Shown in pieces: positions 55,210 to 63,413 of a DNA stretch of 64,000 nt. Made by a program: the position numbers and the translations under genes. This DNA is from a virus. Lineage: Duplodnaviria; Caudoviricetes. The DNA lies in the IMG/VR virus record IMGVR_UViG_3300020049_012431, positions 1-64,000 of that record; one strand, given 5' to 3'. The notes under the pieces were generated by a model, which searched no databases, was not told the origin of the DNA, and was given only the letters and a program-made list of their open reading frames with translations. How positions within the stretch are numbered: position 1 is the first letter of the stretch; each line of letters opens with the position of its first letter.

Positions 55210-55482
55210 ATGATAGAAATGAAATTTAAAAAAGACGCAGAATATGTGTTAGAAAAAGTGGCAGCACACAGATCTAGTCCGTATGGTTACGCCGATAAAG
55301 CCATCATAGGCAGAGGAACACCATTATATATGCCTGATATTGGGTGTTTATATATAGCATTACATGGTAACCCACGTATGCCTTGGTTTCGCACTAGTCA
55401 AGTTCAGCGTGTGCTAAAATTAAAAAACGGATATAAATTATTTACATTAAATAGTGTATATACAATTAAAGAGAAAAAATAA
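55210..55482 (+). CDS. Hypothetical protein
   Basis: 90-aa ORF. Confidence 0.6.
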   Translation: MIEMKFKKDAEYVLEKVAAHRSSPYGYADKAIIGRGTPLYMPDIGCLYIALHGNPRMPWFRTSQVQRVLKLKNGYKLFTLNSVYTIKEKK

Positions 55483-56066
55483 TGCGTTGGTTTATTTCAG
55501 ATTTACATTTTGGGCATAAGAATATTTTGCGTTATCAAGCTGATACAAGAACATTCTCTTCCGTTGAAGCGATGGATGAGCATATGATAAATATGTGGAA
55601 TAAACATATTAAACCTAAAGACATGGTGTATGTTGTTGGTGATTTTTCATTCTATCGAGACATGAATAAGAACGCTGAATTACTATCCCTGTTAAATGGC
55701 AACAAGATACTCATTCGCGGAAATCACGACATTGGTGGCACTAAAGAATATATGGATGCGGGATTTTCTGATGTGAGAGATGAATTAATTATTAAGCTTA
55801 GTAATGCTGAGAGCATTTTTCTTAAGCACTACCCATATGATAGTCCTTGGTGGGTAAGGCTTTGGTATCGGCTCACGGGAAAACTTGGTGTGTGGAAAAA
55901 GTATTATGCTTTGTATCCAATAGATAAAGGCCTGTGGCATGTGCATGGACATCATCATGGTGCATCTAGGGTGAGTGGTAGACAGATAAACGTTAATGTT
56001 GACAGCTGGGATTTTAAACCGGTAAGCGAAACAACAATCTGTCAAATAATGAGAGGAAAAAAATAA
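55482..56066 (+). CDS. Calcineurin-like phosphoesterase
   Basis: FISDLHFGH, VVGDFS, IRGNHD, LKHYP, HGHHH. Confidence 0.9.
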   Translation: MRWFISDLHFGHKNILRYQADTRTFSSVEAMDEHMINMWNKHIKPKDMVYVVGDFSFYRDMNKNAELLSLLNGNKILIRGNHDIGGTKEYMDAGFSDVRDELIIKLSNAESIFLKHYPYDSPWWVRLWYRLTGKLGVWKKYYALYPIDKGLWHVHGHHHGASRVSGRQINVNVDSWDFKPVSETTICQIMRGKK

Positions 56067-56067
56067 T

Positions 56068-56370
56068 ATGCTACGTGTAACAGTTGAACTTGTTCCCTTT
56101 GGTGATGAAAGTAAAAAACGAAAAATTGGTGAAATGGTCATTGCTAATGATGGGTCTGGAGATATCTCTACCGCATCATATCAGGCATGGATTGGTGCTG
56201 ATGATCATTCTGGGGACCCAGCTATGTTCAGTAGATTAGAGCGTCATGACCGCAGTAAGAGTGTTTGGGAACTAATTAAATTATTAATAGACGCAGCTAG
56301 ATCTGGACGGCATTCTCCTGATGAAGAAACAGATAGTGTTAGTCAAAGATTAAAGAATCGATTATCATAG
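56068..56370 (+). CDS. Hypothetical protein
   Basis: MLRVTVELVP...IGEMVIANDGSG pattern. Confidence 0.65.
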   Translation: MLRVTVELVPFGDESKKRKIGEMVIANDGSGDISTASYQAWIGADDHSGDPAMFSRLERHDRSKSVWELIKLLIDAARSGRHSPDEETDSVSQRLKNRLS

Positions 56371-56379
56371 GGTGAAAAA

Positions 56380-56649
56380 ATGAACGACATCGAAATAGAA
56401 GCTAAAGTTGTTGCAGAACTGGAAATAGCATTTCAATATCTTGGTGCACACATCGAGGCATTTAAACTCGATGATGAATGTATCACCGTCACTGTAGTAT
56501 CTGATGTGTTTTCTATGATAAGACAACCAATTCGGCGCGGAATGCTCCGAGACATATTATATCACCATCATTTGCCAACAGTGATACAATATAGGATTTA
56601 TTATAATCCGATAACAACAAGCGAGTGGGATAATCTACATGGCCAGTAA
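56380..56649 (+). CDS. BolA-like protein
   Basis: VTVVSDVF..IRQPIRRGMLRDIL...TTSEW resembles BolA. Confidence 0.45.
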   Translation: MNDIEIEAKVVAELEIAFQYLGAHIEAFKLDDECITVTVVSDVFSMIRQPIRRGMLRDILYHHHLPTVIQYRIYYNPITTSEWDNLHGQ

Positions 56650-56653
56650 TATT

Positions 56654-57889
56654 TTAATCCTTAGGAAACGATAATACGTCATATTTTAAACATTCTTTAT
56701 AATGTTTATTCTGTCTTTTATCACCATTAAAATATATATATCTATGTTTTTGTTTTCTATCAATGTATTTAAAATTTTCCGAGGATTTGTCTATATCGCT
56801 AGAAGCCAATGTCATAGCATGTCTACTATCACCAAGACTCATATCTTTTCGTTTTTCCGTAATACCTAAGTATTTAAAGTTACATGCCTGATAAATTATA
56901 CCAGAATGCCCTGCTTCTATCTCGGCAAATGTCACTATAATATTTTTTTCTATTAATTTTGAATTTAAACATCTAGCAATAAACCAACTTTCAGTGTTAG
57001 TCGGCAAAAAATCAAGAACCGCCAAACGATTTAATTCAATTACTTGATTAGAAAACTCATTACCACAAATACTCCGCAATCCGGGACTAAATGGTGTGTG
57101 AAAAGTACAGACACCACACAAAACACCATTAGGTAAAAATAATCCAAAAGTATATTCACTAGGTGCTTTTCTTCTTAGATAGTGGTTTTCTAGTAGAAAG
57201 TCTTGTCCTAAATTATAATCTATAAGCTTTACAGTTAATTCGGAATTAAAATTAAATCGATCTCTTTTTAAATTCCTATTCTCAATTTTCTCTCTAGGAA
57301 ATAGATTTCTATAATTTTGTAGTTTATACAAAGCATCCTGTGTTTTTGCTAAAGAAAGGGGTACTATATGGTCAATATCCCAATAATCACCATAGTTATC
57401 CCAGGACATTTCTGGTGTAAAGTTTTTTTCTAAAAATACCTTAAGTTGGTCATAATCATCTAAACCAATATAATCATGGAATTTTGAACTTTTTTTCCAA
57501 CTTTTATTGTCTAAAGCATACCACAATCTATTTCTAATATTTCTCGTTATTTTAAATACAGGGTCAGACTCTAATCGTCTCTTTTGATAGGATCTTCTTG
57601 CTGTATTTACTTTTTCTTTATTTTTATAATAATAATCTAAGCTTTTTTGTTTAATTTCTGTAGCTTTTTTCTCATATCGAGTTTTTTCTTTATTTAAAAT
57701 AACATCTCTGTTGTTACTATAATACTCTTTACGCCTAGCGCTTATCTGGTCTTTTTTTTGTATCCTATGTTCCTGTCCTTGTTTTTTACGACAAGGCTTA
57801 CACTCACTTCTATAACCAGTGGGTGACTCTTTTCTAGGGTGGAATTCGGCTTCTGATTTTTCTTCTAAACATTTTTTACATTTAATCAT
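56654..57889 (-). CDS. Zn-finger/HNH endonuclease fused to a Mom-like GNAT domain
   Basis: CKKC...CKPC; WDIDHIVPL..NYRNLFP; then IELNRLAV, ESWFIARCL, GHSGIIYQACNF. Confidence 0.8.
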   Translation of the reverse strand: MIKCKKCLEEKSEAEFHPRKESPTGYRSECKPCRKKQGQEHRIQKKDQISARRKEYYSNNRDVILNKEKTRYEKKATEIKQKSLDYYYKNKEKVNTARRSYQKRRLESDPVFKITRNIRNRLWYALDNKSWKKSSKFHDYIGLDDYDQLKVFLEKNFTPEMSWDNYGDYWDIDHIVPLSLAKTQDALYKLQNYRNLFPREKIENRNLKRDRFNFNSELTVKLIDYNLGQDFLLENHYLRRKAPSEYTFGLFLPNGVLCGVCTFHTPFSPGLRSICGNEFSNQVIELNRLAVLDFLPTNTESWFIARCLNSKLIEKNIIVTFAEIEAGHSGIIYQACNFKYLGITEKRKDMSLGDSRHAMTLASSDIDKSSENFKYIDRKQKHRYIYFNGDKRQNKHYKECLKYDVLSFPKD

Positions 57890-57895
57890 GCTTAT

Positions 57896-57924
57896 ATCAT
57901 GACATAGATGTTTGGTCTTGTCAA
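57896..57924 (-). promoter_or_regulatory. Sigma70-type promoter, leaderless geometry
   Basis: TTGACA-17-CATGAT, then 6 nt to ATG 57889. Confidence 0.55.
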
Positions 57925-57942
57925 GAAAAATACACAATAAAT

Positions 57943-57977
57943 AAAAAAAGGCAGGGGACTATTCATCCTCTGCCTTT
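57943..57977 (-). terminator. Rho-independent terminator after the capsid gene
   Basis: GGCAGAGGA-N7-TCCCCTGCC followed by T7. Confidence 0.8.
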
Positions 57978-58002
57978 AGTAAGTTTCCTAATTAACTAGT
58001 AA

Positions 58003-59070
58003 TTACGAAGCTTTAAGATTACTGATAAGCACTGAGCGACCTGGACGTGCGCAAAAAATTGCCTGGTCTGTGTAACATCTCAACTCATATCCAGCGTGAT
58101 CTTCTAGTTCACGGAAGAAGTTACCTTCTTGACCTGGACGTTTGAAAGTAACGTCAGTAGAACCAACGCGTACCCAGTCTTCCAAGCAAAGAACATAAGC
58201 AAAACCTTCTTTTACATAGATAGAAGGAACGATTTCAACCATACCATTTTGTGAATGGAATTTGATTGATTTAGATCCGTTCTCAGCTTGTGCAGAAGAG
58301 AATGAGCTGTCATACATACGTAAAGCAGCTTGCTCAGTTAACAAATCATCCCAGTGTGAAGGATTGACAAGAACCATTACGTCAGTGTCAAGACCTTTTT
58401 CAACACCTTTGCTGATTGCTTGTTGCAAGATTGCAAAAGACAATACAGAAGTGGATGCTGGAGCAAAAGAGCTTCCTTTCCACAAATCATAGCTAGATGC
58501 ACTGATACCGAAAAGAGTACCTGTGTTAGACAAGATTTTATGGATACCAGCAAATTCTTTACCAGCAGCACCTTTGTGCAAGATACGGTCATTAGCAACA
58601 ACTGCTGCTGCTACGGCTGCATCTGCTGCAGAAAGAGTGATAGTTTTGCTGTTCAAATCTACAGAAGCAACAGTAGCAGAAGCGCCACCACGTAATGTAG
58701 TAAGAGTTGGATCATAGATCTCAATTGGCATACCAACTGCACCTGACCAGATACCTGGAGCAAATTCAGAAGATTTGATTGTGATTACAAGACCAACCGC
58801 AATAGCATTAGCCAATCCATACTCAAGTTGTCCATAGATAGCTTCGATTTCAAGCTTCTTTTGGATACTGTCAAGCATAGAACCAACCAAGTACTTAGTA
58901 GCTTCTTCAAACGCGCGCTCTCCTGGACCCATAGATCTAGAAGCTTGAGCGTAAGGCATAGCCGAACGTAATACTAGCTGGTAGCCTTTAACTACAGCAT
59001 CTTTAATTTGTCCCGCAACTGGCGGATTCAATGCAAATGCACCTTCAGTGTCATCTGCGAACGTAACACC
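58003..59070 (-). CDS. Major capsid protein, exon 2 (355 codons)
   Basis: GVTFADD...GQIKDA...RCYTDQAIFCARPG; large ORF between scaffold gene and terminator. Confidence 0.85.
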   Translation of the reverse strand, partial: GVTFADDTEGAFALNPPVAGQIKDAVVKGYQLVLRSAMPYAQASRSMGPGERAFEEATKYLVGSMLDSIQKKLEIEAIYGQLEYGLANAIAVGLVITIKSSEFAPGIWSGAVGMPIEIYDPTLTTLRGGASATVASVDLNSKTITLSAADAAVAAAVVANDRILHKGAAGKEFAGIHKILSNTGTLFGISASSYDLWKGSSFAPASTSVLSFAILQQAISKGVEKGLDTDVMVLVNPSHWDDLLTEQAALRMYDSSFSSAQAENGSKSIKFHSQNGMVEIVPSIYVKEGFAYVLCLEDWVRVGSTDVTFKRPGQEGNFFRELEDHAGYELRCYTDQAIFCARPGRSVLISNLKAS

Positions 59071-59272
59071 CATTTTGTTACTCACTTTTCAGTGGGAGAA
59101 ACCTCTTCGGATTTCTCTCAACCCCTTCTTTTGTTATAGGGTTGTTCAGACTATCGCATCCCTTTCGGGTCCTCTCACTTAGTCGTTCACGCTGCTTTCG
59201 CTTGCGCCCTGTTGTCCGCTTCCGGAGTTCCAAGTCAATCAGAGAAGATTTATACAGCCCCTAGTTAAATTG
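59071..59272 (-). mobile_element. ORF-less group I intron (202 nt) in the major capsid gene
   Basis: P1: exon CAGCCU pairs with GGGCUG with a U-G pair at the splice site; P3 UCUC/GAGA; P7 GACUA/UAGUC; P8 CCC-GAAA-GGG; P9 hairpins; terminal G; removal restores the frame. Confidence 0.9.
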
Positions 59273-59437
59273 AGGCTGGTGGTACGCGTTGCCCGGTTGT
59301 TTGTCTTTGCTAACGAATTTAATACGTTGCAAAACTTTTTTTCCGTCTGGGATCAATCTCTTAAGATTGTCCTCATAAGTTTCTTTGAAAAGTCCATTCA
59401 GCGACGCTGCTGAATTACTTCCTGAAAAATCTGCCAT
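59273..59437 (-). CDS. Major capsid protein, exon 1 (55 codons, absent from ORF track)
   Basis: AAGGAG SD; MADFSGSNSAASLNGLFKETY...KQPGNAYHQP. Confidence 0.85.
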
Positions 59438-59652
59438 TTTAATTCTCCTTTATTTTTTGAATTTTGGCGGTTGTTAAAATGACGCGACATCCGATCTTTC
59501 TTACGTGTTGGTTGTCTTCGGGCAGAAGCTTGCGAAGAGCCGCGCGGCAATACTCCAATAGATTTCGTGTCAATAATATATGTTATTTTAGCTACTTAAA
59601 CACACCCCAGGCCCCCTTACCGAAGTAAGAGAGGCACCAGGGATAAAATACA

Positions 59653-60591
59653 TTAAAATGTTTTAAACAGATCTTTGAACCTTTTTACTGGCTCGTCCGA
59701 TGTCTTTTCTTTAGGTTTAACGCTAGCACCGGTGTCTTTTACTTGTGCTGCAGTGACCGTATTTGCTGGTTTTTTGCTTTTAGACACTTTAGATTTTCTA
59801 TACTTATCTAGGTGTTTTTTACCAACAACGTTTTCCATCACCTTGTCAAACATATCATCCGGAGAAGATTCAAATAATCGGTTTATTTCACCAAGAATCT
59901 GTTCTTCAACAAACGGTAATACTTGTTCAGGGGTAACATCAGCATAACCCATTTCCATAGCAGCAATCATGCTATCTGCCATACGACGGATAACATAAGG
60001 GCTCTTAGGTAGATTACTTTTTCCTAAAGCTTCGGTAATACTATTATCAAGCGTTTCCATTGCTTCTTGTTCAAACTTAGCGCGTTGAGCTGCTTCTTTT
60101 TCAGTTTCAAGAGCTTTTTCTTTCTCTTCTTTTTCTTTAAGTTTAGACTCAAGTTCTTTAATCTGTTTTTGCTCTGGGCTAAGCTGCATTTCTTCAAGTT
60201 CTTCATTAAGTACTTGTTGAGCAAGAGCTTTAATGTCAATACCCAATTGTGGGTGCTTTAAAATAGCGAGAGGATTACTTTTTAATTCATTAACAAGCTG
60301 TTCTACTTGTTTGCGTAAACTTGCTGCTTCTTGAAATTTTTCATCTGCACCAACAGCTTTAGCTAGATATTGTTCGATTTGTTTATCATCTGACCAATCA
60401 ATCTCAATATCTCTTGTTTTATTATTCGCCTTAATTTGATATTTTTTTATCTTACTTTTGGCTTCAAGCTTTGCTGACTCTTCCGCTTCTGCGGCTGCTT
60501 CTTCTGGGCTCAGATCCGCATCAGTTTGTGCTCCCTCATTTGGTGCTGCCTCTACTGGTGCTGCTGATGATTCTATATTTGCTTCTGACAT
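59653..60591 (-). CDS. Capsid scaffolding protein
   Basis: Acidic N-terminus, long coiled coil, directly upstream of the capsid gene. Confidence 0.75.
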   Translation of the reverse strand: MSEANIESSAAPVEAAPNEGAQTDADLSPEEAAAEAEESAKLEAKSKIKKYQIKANNKTRDIEIDWSDDKQIEQYLAKAVGADEKFQEAASLRKQVEQLVNELKSNPLAILKHPQLGIDIKALAQQVLNEELEEMQLSPEQKQIKELESKLKEKEEKEKALETEKEAAQRAKFEQEAMETLDNSITEALGKSNLPKSPYVIRRMADSMIAAMEMGYADVTPEQVLPFVEEQILGEINRLFESSPDDMFDKVMENVVGKKHLDKYRKSKVSKSKKPANTVTAAQVKDTGASVKPKEKTSDEPVKRFKDLFKTF

Positions 60592-60656
60592 ATTGTCTCC
60601 TTTTTGACAGGTCCGATTGGATTACTGTCGGATTATCCATCCATTATTGGGTAGGA

Positions 60657-60779
60657 TTATTTTTGTAAAAGCGATAGTATTTTTTTAAACGATTTCTTTT
60701 TAGGCTTGTCCTTTGGATACACTTCTTTGGTGTTTCCTTGCATTGTATTTGAATTATTTGAACCCGGATATTCAGCCAT
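60657..60779 (-). CDS. 40-aa basic protein (absent from ORF track)
   Basis: Read by hand: MAEYPGSNNSNTMQGNTKEVYPRTSLKRNRLKKILSLLQK. Confidence 0.45.
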   Translation of the reverse strand: MAEYPGSNNSNTMQGNTKEVYPKDKPKKKSFKKILSLLQK

Positions 60780-60911
60780 ACTTATATATGTTTACCTATG
60801 TATATTAGCGTTAAAATAGTTTGTATTACCCACAAACCAAGGAGAATCTTGTTCTTATACCACTGAATTCTATGGCTTTTTTTGTGCGGAAGGTCAAATG
60901 GGTCATGAAAA

Positions 60912-61394
60912 TTAATTCTGGCCATCATGCATCTCCAGATAATGATGTATGTCTATTGGTCTAACTTCATCAGGGTCAATGCCTGTTGGTAGATCAATCA
61001 TACATTGAATGAGTTCACTGCATACATAACTTTGACTACCATCTTTAAATGGGTTTTTACCAAAAATAAGACCCAAGGCAATGCCGACAACCTGTTTTAC
61101 ACCATAAGGTGCGCCAACATGTTGTATTGCGAATTTAAGGGCATTATGCCAATCGGTTTCTTCTAATTTAAAAGGAAATTCATCAATAACATCGTTTGAT
61201 TCAACAAAATATTTTTCATTAAAAAAATTAACGCTTGTGTGACTTGCTTGATATATAATCCACTCGTCAGCAGTTGATGAATAAAATTTAATATATACGT
61301 GTGAATATGGTGTTTTGTCTACCCACTTGATGAGCCAACTATAAGGAACAAACCATTTCTTCGGCTTTGAAAAGCCTATGTATATTTGTACCAT
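60912..61394 (-). CDS. Permuted papain-like (YaeF/YiiX, NlpC/P60-type) amidase
   Basis: YSHVYI (His) precedes YVCSELI (Cys); GAPYG. Confidence 0.75.
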   Translation of the reverse strand: MVQIYIGFSKPKKWFVPYSWLIKWVDKTPYSHVYIKFYSSTADEWIIYQASHTSVNFFNEKYFVESNDVIDEFPFKLEETDWHNALKFAIQHVGAPYGVKQVVGIALGLIFGKNPFKDGSQSYVCSELIQCMIDLPTGIDPDEVRPIDIHHYLEMHDGQN

Positions 61395-61395
61395 G

Positions 61396-62001
61396 TTAAG
61401 ATTTAACCTCGTTTAAATTAAAATTAATTCCCACGGTTTTATTGCTTACAGAATTATATACTATTTTAACTTGCATACCATAATACAAATCAGCATCATA
61501 GTTGCAAACATTCACGTATTCATCAGGAGCAACGTTTACGTTAAATCCGAATTGATTTAATGTGTAATTAGGTACGCCGCTATAAGTTCCAGATGTAGAA
61601 TCTAGCACAAAAAAATCAACAGTATCTAGTAATTCTCCGCCCACAAGTTCTAATCCAATAATTTTAACCCACGCATATGGTATTGTGTATAATATAGTAT
61701 TAGCTCCGGATGTGAGATTTGATTGTATACCATGTTCTCTTTTATACAATTTTTTACCATTAGGTAGTGTTTTTGAAGAAAACGCTTGTATTTGTTGTGG
61801 TTGTGTTTTATTTCCGTTTGTTTTAAAATTTGTTTCAAAATCTGTCGTATCAGAATCGCCGGTACCGACAGATAAAATACATTCTAAGTTAAAAAAACCA
61901 TCGAATGCTTTCATAAAATAATTTCCGCGCATCTCAACAAACTGTATAGATAGGTTTCTCTGTGTTACAAAATTTTTAAATTCAGCCCAAGTTACTTCCA
62001 C
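61396..62001 (-). CDS. Structural-module hypothetical protein
   Basis: 201-aa beta-rich ORF. Confidence 0.65.
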   Translation of the reverse strand: MEVTWAEFKNFVTQRNLSIQFVEMRGNYFMKAFDGFFNLECILSVGTGDSDTTDFETNFKTNGNKTQPQQIQAFSSKTLPNGKKLYKREHGIQSNLTSGANTILYTIPYAWVKIIGLELVGGELLDTVDFFVLDSTSGTYSGVPNYTLNQFGFNVNVAPDEYVNVCNYDADLYYGMQVKIVYNSVSNKTVGINFNLNEVKS

Positions 62002-62009
62002 TTCAACTC

Positions 62010-63410
62010 CTATGGTTCAAAAAAATCAAAAGCCGCGCGGTATATAGTGTTGGATGCGGTTTCTGGTGTTACGTATGTTTGTATTCTTGCTGGCCCAGTT
62101 ATTTTAATTGGTGATGTGTATGTTCTTGCGAATGTTGATGTTTGTCCATACAAACGAACAAAGTCACTAACTTGAGTTTCAACTGAATTTGATACATTTA
62201 ATTGTTTTGAGTTTAATGTGAATAAAGCCCCGGAACCAACTGTTGTACCATTATGACCACAAGAAATACCTGTTATATTACATATTTTTCCTGTTGGTAT
62301 ATAATGATGTGCCCAAAATGTTTGGTTGTTACCAACAGCAATACTACCAAATGTAACGCTAGCTAATGTTTGTAAAGAGATAATACCGGCATTCGTGCCT
62401 CCGCTACCAGCGGTGATTACTTCCAGTTGTTCTATAAAGCAAATATTTGTAGCAACAGTATTTACTGCGGTGGTGCCATTTAATGTTAATGTTTCTGTGA
62501 AAGGTCCTGCTCCAGTTTGATCCAAATATGTAATCTTAACAGAACGAGCCCCGGTTCCTGCCGATGTGTCATTCGCTGAGGATGAAACTATTTTTCTTTG
62601 AGCATTAGTTGTTTGTTCTGTATATGTTGTTCTTCTTACTAAAACGCGAGTTAGTGCTGATGTTGTTATATCACCAAAAGCAAAATCGGCGCCAAATCCG
62701 GTTAAAGATGATGTAACCAATCTTCCTGAAGAATCTACCGCTAATGGTATCATATTTATACCATCTGACCCTGAAACCAGTTGTGATTGTGCTGCTAGTG
62801 CTTGATTATTATTACCATAAGTGGGATCTTCATTATTTATTTGTGTTGATGCATCATATGAAACTGTGATGGTCCCTGATGTAAACGCGGTGGCTATTAG
62901 TCTGACGAATTGAAATCCAGCACATTCGACTAAAAATGTATTATTTACTGTTGTGGTTTGGATTCTTGAGTTTGTTGGTCTACCCACACCGTCAAGTGTG
63001 ACCCAATTAGTATTATCCGATGTTCCTTGTATCGTTAATGTAGCAACCCAAGTGCCAGTAACGGTAAAAGTTATAACACCTCGACCTTGTGTATTAACCG
63101 ATACGACACCATTTAATGCCGTAATATTTCCTGTACCAATTAAATCTGTTGTCGCAGAAGGGGATACAACCCACGGCGATGTACTCTGTGTAACAGCAAC
63201 GGTACCGGAAACCGGTTGTGTTGTTGTTCCTGTTGGATTAATTCTTAAGGGATTTGCGGCGGTACCTGTTTCAGTACCAACCGCATCTCTTAAATTTGTA
63301 TGTAAAGATCCAGCAGATGTTGACTGTATTGGTGTTTGTTCTGTGCCAGACGAATCTGACCCAACTATTAAAACCGCTTCAGCTGATTGTATCTGCGTAA
63401 GATCTGCCAT
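62010..63410 (-). CDS. Thr/Gly-rich virion appendage protein
   Basis: 466 aa; SSSANDTSAGTGARSV and TLNGTTAV motifs. Confidence 0.7.
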   Translation of the reverse strand: MADLTQIQSAEAVLIVGSDSSGTEQTPIQSTSAGSLHTNLRDAVGTETGTAANPLRINPTGTTTQPVSGTVAVTQSTSPWVVSPSATTDLIGTGNITALNGVVSVNTQGRGVITFTVTGTWVATLTIQGTSDNTNWVTLDGVGRPTNSRIQTTTVNNTFLVECAGFQFVRLIATAFTSGTITVSYDASTQINNEDPTYGNNNQALAAQSQLVSGSDGINMIPLAVDSSGRLVTSSLTGFGADFAFGDITTSALTRVLVRRTTYTEQTTNAQRKIVSSSANDTSAGTGARSVKITYLDQTGAGPFTETLTLNGTTAVNTVATNICFIEQLEVITAGSGGTNAGIISLQTLASVTFGSIAVGNNQTFWAHHYIPTGKICNITGISCGHNGTTVGSGALFTLNSKQLNVSNSVETQVSDFVRLYGQTSTFARTYTSPIKITGPARIQTYVTPETASNTIYRAAFDFFEP

Positions 63411-63413
63411 AAA

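Noticed and set aside
59071-59085. Track start MSNKM as the true capsid N-terminus
   Set aside because: These codons are the intron 3' end; the upstream exon has the strong SD and capsid-like sequence
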